Below are positions 9,938 through 18,792 of a DNA stretch of 64,000 nucleotides, piece after piece (the first letter of the stretch is position 1; each line of letters starts with the position of its first letter). The notes under the pieces are model-generated. The model searched no databases, was not told the origin of the DNA, and saw only the letters and a program-made list of their open reading frames with translations. This DNA is from a virus (Duplodnaviria > Heunggongvirae > Uroviricota > Caudoviricetes). Both the position numbers and the translations under genes were made by a program. The DNA lies in the IMG/VR virus record IMGVR_UViG_3300045051_000909, positions 130,267 through 194,266 of that record; one strand, given 5' to 3'.

Positions 9938-11546
9938 CTTCGTCGAACTCTCCCTTGATGTGGAACATTTCGATCACCCGATCCGGCGGCGTGTTGTTCA
10001 TGCCCGGTGCCGGGCGGCAGTTGGGTGCGACCAACCAGACGATGGGGCATTCTGGCCGGTACTGTGGAAAGACTTCGCCATCGATGACGACGCCACCATC
10101 AGTGAAGACGACGATGAGGTCAGGCTTCCCGGGATGTTCCTCCGGGCGGCGGCTCGCGTTCTGCCAGTCCTGAGGTGTGTCGACTCCCAGGATGCGTTTG
10201 AACATGGGCGTGTAGACCGTCCCGCCATAGCCGTAGCGAGCGCGAGCACCCCCATCCTCAGGCGGCGCCAGATTGTCGGTGAGCTCCTCGTGCTGGCATG
10301 CGGCGTCGCCCTGGATGTGCACGAGCTCGATGAACTTGTTGACCTTCATGAGCGAGTTGATGCACAGGCAGGCACGCGCGTATTCAGCATCGGCGACGGA
10401 CCCGGAGGTGTCAGTCAGCCACCAGATCCGGAACTTGCGGTCCAAGGTGAACCCCGGCCAGGGTTCGTAGTCCGTCCCGAACAGGGACGTGTTCGGCATG
10501 GCCATCTCCTCCAGGATCTTGGAGTGGATGGCCCCCTGGAGAGCATCGTCCAGAAGCCAGTGCCACGGGATTTGCTCGGGCGTGAGTAGGCCTTTGACCA
10601 GGCTTTCGATGCCAGCCGGAACAGTGCCCCGCGAACGGATGGTCTGTTCGTGGGCGCTCTTCACCAGGCGCTTGGCGTGCTGCTTCATCTTGTTGCTGAC
10701 GCCAGTAGCCTCTTCCGGAGACATATTGTCGGCCATCTTGTTCCAGAGCTGATGGGCCTTCTTCGTGAGGCGTTCGAACGCGTCGGCCAGCTTATCGATG
10801 AGCTCGGGGTTATTGCGGGCGGCCGGGCCCAGTCCCTGCGGCACCTGGGGGTCATCGAGCGTGGGCTGATCCGATTCAGCCTCTCCCTTGGAGCCCTTCT
10901 TGCCCTTCCCGCCCTTGCCCGGCATGATGCCGCCCAGGCTCCCTCCGTCGATGGGTACCTCGATGCCAGCACCCCCGCTGCCACCCTGCTCCTGCTTCTC
11001 CCCGTCCTTACCCTCGAGCATCTGGTCGAGCATTTTCTCCATGTTCTCGAGGGCTTGCGGCAGATCAGCCACCAGCATGGCGATGTACTGCTCCATGCTT
11101 TTGCCCTTGGGATAGTTCATCTTTTCCGGGAGGATCCAGGGGAACTTGCTGTCCTTGAACTCGGGCTCGTTCCGGACGATCTTGTCGTTGTCAGCGAGGT
11201 CAGCGGCGATGTTGAACACCACCATGACAGCCTTGCGCAGGGTGGGGTCGGCGAGCTGGCACTGAACGCGGAACAAGCGCTCGATGTGACGCAGTGCGAT
11301 ATGCCCCGCCTCATGGACGAGGACGAGCTTCTTGTCGCCGGTGGGGAGCTCGTGGAAGAAGTCATCATCCACGTTGAGGACGTAGCGACCGTTCGGGGCG
11401 ACGCTCACAGAAGCCGTGCCGAAGTTCTTCTGGTAGAACTTGTCACACCCGTTGATGACACGCGCCCAGTAGTTGTCCCCGCCCCGTGCGGAGACGAGGT
11501 AGACGAGCGACCGTGAAAGTTCGGTGGTTTCGGTGGTTTCGGACAT
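9927..11546 (-). CDS. HExxH metallopeptidase-like plus VWA-like domain protein (DUF2201-type MoxR partner)
   Basis: LVHEAGHIALRH, NIAADLADN, MIDAS-like DTSGSV, GYGGT, VVFTDG. Confidence 0.8.
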   Translation of the reverse strand: MSETTETTELSRSLVYLVSARGGDNYWARVINGCDKFYQKNFGTASVSVAPNGRYVLNVDDDFFHELPTGDKKLVLVHEAGHIALRHIERLFRVQCQLADPTLRKAVMVVFNIAADLADNDKIVRNEPEFKDSKFPWILPEKMNYPKGKSMEQYIAMLVADLPQALENMEKMLDQMLEGKDGEKQEQGGSGGAGIEVPIDGGSLGGIMPGKGGKGKKGSKGEAESDQPTLDDPQVPQGLGPAARNNPELIDKLADAFERLTKKAHQLWNKMADNMSPEEATGVSNKMKQHAKRLVKSAHEQTIRSRGTVPAGIESLVKGLLTPEQIPWHWLLDDALQGAIHSKILEEMAMPNTSLFGTDYEPWPGFTLDRKFRIWWLTDTSGSVADAEYARACLCINSLMKVNKFIELVHIQGDAACQHEELTDNLAPPEDGGARARYGYGGTVYTPMFKRILGVDTPQDWQNASRRPEEHPGKPDLIVVFTDGGVVIDGEVFPQYRPECPIVWLVAPNCRPAPGMNNTPPDRVIEMFHIKGEFDEDES

Positions 11547-11623
11547 GAGTGGTGGTTTCCTTTCGTGACCTATACTTGTGTCTGTTACTGTGGTTCAATG
11601 TCTCTGCCTCACAGGAGAAACCC

Positions 11624-12616
11624 ATGAGCGTGGTGGACCAGTTCAGCGACCCGGCCTTTGGCCTTCTCTTCCGGCAAGTGAACCGCATGCCGAAGCTTGA
11701 GAATTTCGTCAAGGAGGCTTCGGTCGAGTCCTCTGAGGCTCAGTCGCTCCCGGACCAGGCGTACGCATGGCCAGATGAGCGTAAGTTCCCCATCCACACG
11801 CCGCATCATGCGGCCCTGTCGTATGCCTACTTCAAGGCGGCATCCGAGCAAATGCCTCCATACGTCGAGGCCAACCTCAAGAAGGCTCTGGACGTATACC
11901 AGGTCCCCGCCGAGGTCTTCACGGAGTCCGAGGTCAAGGTGGCCGAGGAGCTGTCCGATGCCGACTACCTGATCCCAGATATGAAGCTGTTCCCGATCAA
12001 GACTGCCGCGCAGGTCAAGCGGGCACAGGCGCAGTTGGTGGATCACCTTCAGCGACTAGATCTGGAGCACCGGGCTACGGCTTGTGCCAACCTGGTGAAG
12101 AAGGCGCAGGAGTTCAGCGTTGAGCTCCATCCTGAGGTTCAGAAGCTCGCTGGGTTCGTGGTGTCGAGCACGCGTCAAGTTCGTGACTGGCTTGAGGCCC
12201 GGGCACACGTAGCTGAGCAGCCCGTTCACAAGCTCGCATACCAGACGATGGCCGACGAGCTCAGTAAGCAGCCGCAGTGGTCGAAGGACCGCGACGGCTT
12301 GCTCAAGCTAGCGAGTGTCATCGGACAGCTCGATGAGCGCTCGGGGTTGGACCGCCACTACGACCGTAAGATCCCGGATGCCCTCCGGACGGTGTTCAAT
12401 ACCAAGACTGCCGCTTCTGGTATGGTGGAGCTCGGCGGCAAGCTGGTTTCGGTGGCCAAGCTGGCGAGCCTGCCGGCGTCGTTCTGGTCAGACCTGGATC
12501 CTGACATTGGCCGGGAACTGGCTCCGAACGGTGTAGTGGATCAATCCAAGCTGGCGACGGTGGTTGATACGCTGCCGCTCGATCTGAAGAACGTGGTTGC
12601 TGCGTACGTTCGGTGA
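11624..12616 (+). CDS. Probable internal virion protein (K-x-A motif rich)
   Basis: AGGAG RBS; repeated KEAS/KVAE/KTAA/KLAS; YAWPDERKFPIHT duplicated as YLIPDMKLFPIKT. Confidence 0.65.
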   Translation: MSVVDQFSDPAFGLLFRQVNRMPKLENFVKEASVESSEAQSLPDQAYAWPDERKFPIHTPHHAALSYAYFKAASEQMPPYVEANLKKALDVYQVPAEVFTESEVKVAEELSDADYLIPDMKLFPIKTAAQVKRAQAQLVDHLQRLDLEHRATACANLVKKAQEFSVELHPEVQKLAGFVVSSTRQVRDWLEARAHVAEQPVHKLAYQTMADELSKQPQWSKDRDGLLKLASVIGQLDERSGLDRHYDRKIPDALRTVFNTKTAASGMVELGGKLVSVAKLASLPASFWSDLDPDIGRELAPNGVVDQSKLATVVDTLPLDLKNVVAAYVR

Positions 12617-12620
12617 TCGA

Positions 12621-13331
12621 ATGAGTATTACGGAGAAGGTCAAGGCCGCTGTTACCAAGGCGTACCAGGCATGGCAGGGCGTATCTTCTTCGTTCCAGCC
12701 CCACCGGGGCTTGTTCGAAGAAGACACATCCGCGACCGTCCTGATGTGCGCTGCAAAGAGGCGGCTAGGCCCTGAGTTCTTGGCCTACGAGCCGGAGACG
12801 CTTTGGCTCGAGCTTGACCCCACTCCATTGAATCGAGACAAGCTGATGGCGGGGATCGCGCTGGCGACATACCCGTCCTTCTACTGGGATTACTCCGTAT
12901 TCGGTCACACGGTACTCGCCTTGAACGACGAGGCGGTCTTCCCGGAGAGCCTTCCCAAGCCAACACTTGAGCAGCTGGTCTGGGGCGTCTTCGAGGCTGA
13001 GCTTATTCTGGCCCTCACCGAGGATGGTCCTATTACCCCCGAATTCGGGGATGACATCGCGGCGTACGTAGCCGCATGCCTGCATGCACAGGGTGTTATT
13101 TACACGCCCGAGAATCTTCGATTCGCACAGCCGTATCTGGATAAGCTGATCTCGAAGGAAGCGAAGGAGCTCCAGGCCAAGGTAAAGGACCTGTGGGCGC
13201 CGCTCGCCAGCCGCACCGCCTTCGAGGATGTGACCCCTGAGGACGATGCGGCTGGCGTGCAGCTGACCCATCTTGTGCGAGCCCAACTTTACTTCGTAAA
13301 GCGGGCCGATGCGCTTACCTCCGCACTTTAG
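12621..13331 (+). CDS. Hypothetical protein (probable virion/late)
   Basis: Long ORF directly following 11624..12616. Confidence 0.65.
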   Translation: MSITEKVKAAVTKAYQAWQGVSSSFQPHRGLFEEDTSATVLMCAAKRRLGPEFLAYEPETLWLELDPTPLNRDKLMAGIALATYPSFYWDYSVFGHTVLALNDEAVFPESLPKPTLEQLVWGVFEAELILALTEDGPITPEFGDDIAAYVAACLHAQGVIYTPENLRFAQPYLDKLISKEAKELQAKVKDLWAPLASRTAFEDVTPEDDAAGVQLTHLVRAQLYFVKRADALTSAL

Positions 13332-14602
13332 CGCTTGGGCATCGGATCCGGCGCAGCCTTGCCGCCCTTGAGCGCCCGCTCGAAGTCGTTGTGCGACTTC
13401 ATCAGACGATGATTGATCTCGAGCCAGAGCTTGTCGGTCTGGAGCTCGTTGGTCAACACCTTCATGTACTGCCGGTTCGAGTTCTGGCGTTCGGGGTCTC
13501 CGGACTCGGAGGCCGAACCCAGCATCGAGAAGAACGCCTGGGCGAGCTCGTCAGGCATGTCGTGCCAGAACAACGCGAGCTGGTTGGCGATCTCCACGGG
13601 CTTGGGGCGCTCGTTGAACAGGAAGTGGGCCACGGTCTCGATGAGCTTCGGGTACTCGCCACCCGGCTCTTCCTTGAGCGACAGCACGCGCTCACGGAGC
13701 TTGGACTTCGCCTTGTACTTGAAGAGGATCTCGTCGGGCGAGATGCGCACTTCGTTGTTGCGGACGTACTCGACGACCGAGCGCGCCAGGGTCGGGTTGA
13801 TCGACATGCTCAGCCGGTTCTCTGCCCGCTCGCTGGTGATGGGCTCGCCCGCGGCCTCGAGGTTGTAGAGGCTGAGCGAGACCGTCTGCCAGGTTGCAGG
13901 GCAGGCGAACTGCTTGTTGCCGTCGCGGTCGGCGTCACGGTAGAGCAGCTTGGGCTCCGTCTGGAGGAACTTCAGCACCCAGGGGTGGCAGGGCTTCGCC
14001 ATGCCGTCGGTGTGGTGGAACTCATCGGTCTTGGCGTGCTGGAGCCAGTCGGTGAAGGTGGCGTAGACGTAGCACTTCATCAGCCGGCGATTGATGGCCG
14101 GGTTGGTCTCGATCTTGGAGACGTTGTACTGCGCCGTCGAAGGATTCATCAAGGCCACGATGATGCACTCGTCCGGGAGCTCGTAGTTGTAGATGCCCCG
14201 ATCCTCGAGCAGCTTGAAGAACATGGCGATGGCGTGCGACTGCCCCTGGTTGATCTCATCGAAGAGGACGATGCACTTCTCGCCCTTCTTCGGGTAGTCC
14301 TCCGGGACCGCGATCTTGAAGTGCCCGGTGTCGTCCGCGCGCTGCGGCACGCCGGCGCCGATGAGGCTGAATTGGCTGGTGCGGATGTCGACGACGCGCA
14401 TCTTGTACTTGCGCGCGAGTTGGTGGACGATCTGCGACTTGCCGACACCGGCTTCAGAGATCGCACAGAGAACGCCGCGCTTCTGGTTCTGCTTGATCGT
14501 GAGTTCGAGGTTCCAGGAGAACTCCCCGAGGGTGATCTTGGGGATCCCGTACTTGTCGTAGTATGCTTCCTGCTGCGGAGCCTTGTCTTGTCCGTTAGCC
14601 AT
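13328..14602 (-). CDS. MoxR-like AAA+ ATPase
   Basis: Walker A SEAGVGKS, Walker B VLFDEINQG, ALMNP, PAINRRL. Start MANGQDK with AGGAG RBS; strong codon bias. Confidence 0.85.
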   Translation of the reverse strand: MANGQDKAPQQEAYYDKYGIPKITLGEFSWNLELTIKQNQKRGVLCAISEAGVGKSQIVHQLARKYKMRVVDIRTSQFSLIGAGVPQRADDTGHFKIAVPEDYPKKGEKCIVLFDEINQGQSHAIAMFFKLLEDRGIYNYELPDECIIVALMNPSTAQYNVSKIETNPAINRRLMKCYVYATFTDWLQHAKTDEFHHTDGMAKPCHPWVLKFLQTEPKLLYRDADRDGNKQFACPATWQTVSLSLYNLEAAGEPITSERAENRLSMSINPTLARSVVEYVRNNEVRISPDEILFKYKAKSKLRERVLSLKEEPGGEYPKLIETVAHFLFNERPKPVEIANQLALFWHDMPDELAQAFFSMLGSASESGDPERQNSNRQYMKVLTNELQTDKLWLEINHRLMKSHNDFERALKGGKAAPDPMPKR

Positions 14603-14643
14603 CTGGTGTATACTCCTGTGGAATTTGGGTGGTGGGAGACTGC

Positions 14644-16272
14644 ATGTATCAACTACCTGCAAAACGTCTTTCAGAAATCGCAGAATCTCTTTTGTGGTTG
14701 GACGGGACGCCTTTCTCGTTCCGGGACTACCCGATGCATAAGGCGATCTACGATGGACGTTACAAGTCCACATTGATGATGTGTGGTCGACAGGTTGGGA
14801 AGTCTACCTCCCTGGCGAACTTCATCATTGCTGAGAGCATCTCGCTGCCGCACTTCAAGGAGTACTACGTCTCTCCTACAAAGGAGCAGACGCTGATCTT
14901 TTCCAATACCCGCGTTGGAAAGACGCTCGCCTACTCACCGCTGGTGAAGAAGCATTTCCAGTCGCCAGAACATGCCGACCGAGTCCTGCACCGCGCTTAT
15001 ACCAACGGTAGCGAGAATGCTTTTACGTACGCGTGTGAAGATGCGGACCGCGCGCGTGGCTTCTCGGCTGATCGCTGTTCGTTCGACGAGTTCCAGGACA
15101 TGCTCGCGGACGCAGTAGTTCCCGTCGTAGTGGCCTCGATGAAGAACTCAAAGTACCGCTACGAGACTTACACCGGTACGCCGAAGACGATGGAGAACGC
15201 GATCCAGGCCTACTGGGAGAAGTCGACTCAGAGTGAGTGGGTCATGAAGTGCGAGGGGTGTGGCAAGTACAACTTCGTCGTTAGCGAGAAGTCCATCGGT
15301 AAGCGCGGGCCGATATGCCTCGGCTGCGGCAAGACCTTGAATCCACGCACAGGGTTCTGGGTGGACATGCACAAGCCTGAGCCGCCCCCAGGTTGGGACC
15401 CGACGACTGGCGTCGATTTCCGTTACATCAAGGGATTCCACATCCCATCCCCGATCATGCCGCTCAACGTACCTACATGCCACGAAAGCGTGGATGGGCA
15501 GCGGGGAGCGCAGGAACGCTGGAACGACATCCTCACGGATATGGAGAAGTTTGGTCCGTCGAAGTTCCGCAACGAGGTTCTAGGTGTGTCGGATGCTATT
15601 GGCCGACGACTGATCTCGCTTGAGGAACTCAAATCGCTTTGTACGGGGCCCGCGTGTGAACGGCGCCCCGGGCACCAGACGAACATGAAAGGTGTGTCTG
15701 TCATTGTAGCGGGTGTCGACTGGTCGGGTGGAGGTACGTCAGGAGTATCCCGTACCGTCCTCTGGCTCTGGGGTTATGTGCCAGCAGAACAAAAATTGCG
15801 CACCTTGTTCTATAAGATTTTCCCAGGACAGAACCCAGTTGCTGATGTTAAGGAGATCCTGGAGATCCTTGCAGCGTATAGCGTGACCATCGTGGTTGGT
15901 GACGCGGGAGAAGGAGCTCTCCCTAACTCAATGTTGCGTGATGCGCTTGGCCCGCACCGGGTCACCATGGTCCAGTACGGTTCGTATCAATGGCCCTGTC
16001 GCTGGAACGGGTTGGATAGGTACAACGCTGACCGTACGACGCTTATCGACAATTACTTGATGATCCTCAAGAAACAGGGCGTCGTATACCCGCCTTACGA
16101 GGAGTGCTCCGAGCCTATCAAGGATATCCTCAATGTGTATGAGGAAGTCACTACGCTAGGCAAAAAAGTTTGGCGTCACGCGCCAACCCTGCCTGATGAT
16201 AGTCTTCACGCGCAGATCTTCGGGTGGTTCGCGTTTAAGCTGCACACGACCGATCTGAAGTTCTATGCGTAA
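14644..16272 (+). CDS. terL: Terminase large subunit
   Basis: CGRQVGKST (Walker A), SFDEFQD (Walker B), TGTP, Zn ribbon CEGC...CLGC, nuclease motifs AGVDWSG and DDSLHA. Confidence 0.88.
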   Translation: MYQLPAKRLSEIAESLLWLDGTPFSFRDYPMHKAIYDGRYKSTLMMCGRQVGKSTSLANFIIAESISLPHFKEYYVSPTKEQTLIFSNTRVGKTLAYSPLVKKHFQSPEHADRVLHRAYTNGSENAFTYACEDADRARGFSADRCSFDEFQDMLADAVVPVVVASMKNSKYRYETYTGTPKTMENAIQAYWEKSTQSEWVMKCEGCGKYNFVVSEKSIGKRGPICLGCGKTLNPRTGFWVDMHKPEPPPGWDPTTGVDFRYIKGFHIPSPIMPLNVPTCHESVDGQRGAQERWNDILTDMEKFGPSKFRNEVLGVSDAIGRRLISLEELKSLCTGPACERRPGHQTNMKGVSVIVAGVDWSGGGTSGVSRTVLWLWGYVPAEQKLRTLFYKIFPGQNPVADVKEILEILAAYSVTIVVGDAGEGALPNSMLRDALGPHRVTMVQYGSYQWPCRWNGLDRYNADRTTLIDNYLMILKKQGVVYPPYEECSEPIKDILNVYEEVTTLGKKVWRHAPTLPDDSLHAQIFGWFAFKLHTTDLKFYA

Positions 16273-16299
16273 AAACTATCGTCGGGCAGTTTAGACTTG

Positions 16300-18240
16300 C
16301 TGAGCGGGCACCGACTCGCCGTCGGACCGTGGTCAGTAGAGGCTAGGCTTCGGATGACCTGGGTCCGACGGTGAATCGGTGTCGCTTCGGGACTCGCTAA
16401 GATCGACAGGTAGTGCTTGAGCCGCTACCGGTCGTCTTCGGACTCGCTAAGTGTTTAGTTTTCTGGACCCCGTCCAGAAAATTACAACTTCGCAGAGCTA
16501 GTAGCGGCGTTGCGCCGCCTGCGAATTTTCGATTCGCACCAAGTCCTACTTTGGGGAACTCCATACACATCACGGAGCTCGGGAAACCGTCCTACTGAGG
16601 GGTTTGTCATCGGCCGCCGGCGCGCGCTACGTCCGGTGGACCCTTAATCGGCCTACGGCCGAGGATCACAATGCCGGCGTTACGCCGGCTCTCGTTTTCA
16701 AGACTAGGACAATGGGTACTGCGTCAGATTCGCTTTGGGGGCACAGTTCTGAAGAGCTCGGCGAGATGACACAGCTTCTTCGATCTCGAGATCCCTTTGT
16801 CGGCCGAAGGCCGAGGGCCGGTGTACTGGCGTTACGCCAGTCGCTCGTCTGAGTGCCGAATCTGTAGGCTTACTTTGAGTGCGGCTCCGGCCACGTACGT
16901 GGTCCAGTCGCTGTCTATTTGGTTCCTATGGAACCAGAGTACGGTGCTAACGTTACGTCAGCCTCGGTTCAATGAGCTAAGCCTGTAGGATCTACTTTGG
17001 GCGGGATGTCATTAAATGCTATTTATGACTTACTATTTCCCTTAGACGTCACTAGAAGCCATTTTCCGGTCCGAAGGCCGGCGATGGCAGCGCTGACGTT
17101 ACGTCAGCCGCCGGTATGCGCGCGCTAGATCCACTTTGTGGTTCTCTTCAGGCGGAGGACCTCGTCGACCTGCATGACTGCGTGTGTCGAGAGTTCGTAC
17201 GCCAGGCTACTCCGGCGAAGCCGGTGCAGTCAATGCCAGCGTTACACTGGCCACCGTAACTGGTGCTGGATCATTTCAAGGTTCACTTCGTGGTGCCCTT
17301 CAGTGACTGGGAGACGTCTCGAGCTGTCCGCCTATGGCATGTCATCTGAAGCACCTAGTCGGCCGAAGGCCGACAGTAATGTTGCTGGCGTTTCGCCAGC
17401 CGTCGGTAGTTGGACGCTGAACCTTATCTAGCCTTCTTTGTGCGAGCAGCTCGCGGTGACCTGCGCAGCTCCTTAATTAGCCTAAACGCGCTACTTAAGT
17501 TTCCGGTCACGAGCTTGACATTCTTCCGGGCCGAAGGCCCGATAGCGTATTGCTGGCGTCTCACCAGCCGTCGGATTGTCGACGCAAGGCTATGTATGTT
17601 GCAGATCTTTCTTCGTTCTCGCGGGGTACCGGCTTAAGCTCGAGGTGAAATACGTATATCGAGCGCCGCCTTTATCGGAGATGGTTCGAGGGGCGGACAA
17701 CCTGCGGCGCCCGTAGCGTCAGCGAGCTAAGCTCGCCGAGCTAGGCTCGTGTAGACCCTCCACTTCGCGCCGGTGTCCTGGCATGAAGTAGCGGAGGGCG
17801 CCGCAGCGTAAGTCCGATGGTCCCAATGCCAGCTTTAAGCCGGCCATCGGAAGGCGCCGATGCAAAGATCTTTCACTTGGTGATCATCTCGAAGTTCTAC
17901 GAGACGAGCGAGCCATCAGCTTGAGCCGAGAAATGCTGTGCTTTTCGATGGCGAAAGCTGTGGCGAGGTTCGTCGAGTAGTTCTTCGCTGGAACGTATGC
18001 TCGCGTTTCGCGAGCGCCTAGCGATTAGGGCTGAAAGATACTCTTCCACTTTGGGGCCGACCTGGTGTGATCCACCCGCGGGCTTCATCTCCGAGCACAG
18101 CCGTGTAGCTCGAGCTGGCGTGATCCGTAGCGAAGCGTAGGATCAGAGCTAGCCGAGCGAAACGGACTGCGCAGGAGATGCAGCCCAGGTCTCAAATACC
18201 CGCGTTACGCAGGTTCCTGTGCTGACAGGGCTGGAAGAGA
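16300..18240. ncRNA. Putative ~2 kb structured non-coding array of ~11 units (strand tentatively minus)
   Basis: No credible CDS between the convergent terL and exonuclease genes. A hairpin A / 9-10 nt / hairpin B / hairpin C / AG..CTT(T/C)G unit recurs with ~105-170 nt period, and long-range stems occur at both ends. Confidence 0.7.
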
Positions 18241-18792
18241 TTATGCGAATAGCTTGCTATAGAGCTCCATCAACTTCAGGTAGACCAGACGGCTGGTCCG
18301 AGCTCCATTGATCGCGCGGTGCGGATCCGGCTCCTTCGCAATGCCGAAGAACTCGCACAGCGTAGCCATACTGACGTACTTGAGCTTGTTCTGCTTGAAC
18401 AGAGGCCACGCCATAGCCGCATTGTCGACCTTATGGTAATGCCAGGTCGCCTTGCGGTTGGTGCGATTCACGAACGCGAGAAGGTGGCCCTCGTCGAAGC
18501 CGATGTTCTGGCCTACCAGGGTCACCTCCCGTGCCAGCTCACAGAACTGGTCTGCTGCCTGTTCACGCGTGTGGGTGGGCGCCCAGGTCCCAGGATTGTA
18601 CCCGTTGACCTCAGCTGCCTTGAGTTCGAAGTTGTCGGGAGCGATTGGGTTTACGCGCGCCTCGAACTCCTGGATGACGCGCTGCCCATCAGGAGTGGTC
18701 AAAACTGCACCAATCTCGATGAGCTCGAACCGCATCGGGTCCAGCCCCAGTGTCTCGGTGTCGGTGAACAGCAGATTACGATGGGCGGCCAT
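18241..18792 (-). CDS. DEDD-family 3'-5' exonuclease (DnaQ/oligoribonuclease-like)
   Basis: FTDTETLG, IEIGAV, GQNIGFD, HRAING. Start MAAHRN with GAAGGA RBS. Confidence 0.85.
   Translation of the reverse strand: MAAHRNLLFTDTETLGLDPMRFELIEIGAVLTTPDGQRVIQEFEARVNPIAPDNFELKAAEVNGYNPGTWAPTHTREQAADQFCELAREVTLVGQNIGFDEGHLLAFVNRTNRKATWHYHKVDNAAMAWPLFKQNKLKYVSMATLCEFFGIAKEPDPHRAINGARTSRLVYLKLMELYSKLFA

Noticed and set aside
11520-11560. TTCGGTGGT short tandem repeats
   Set aside because: They encode the ETT repeat at the N-terminus of the VWA protein; too short to support a separate function.
16459-18060. CRISPR array
   Set aside because: The repeats are not near-identical in sequence, the period is ~105-170 nt, and no cas operon is present. 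The two Cas4-like nucleases are ordinary phage PD-(D/E)XK proteins.
16300-18240. tRNA cluster or short protein-coding genes
   Set aside because: I found no cloverleaf with a proper T-arm (the GGTTCGA near 17683 lacks the stem context). The listed 60-100 aa ORFs lack RBSs and the codon bias of real genes.
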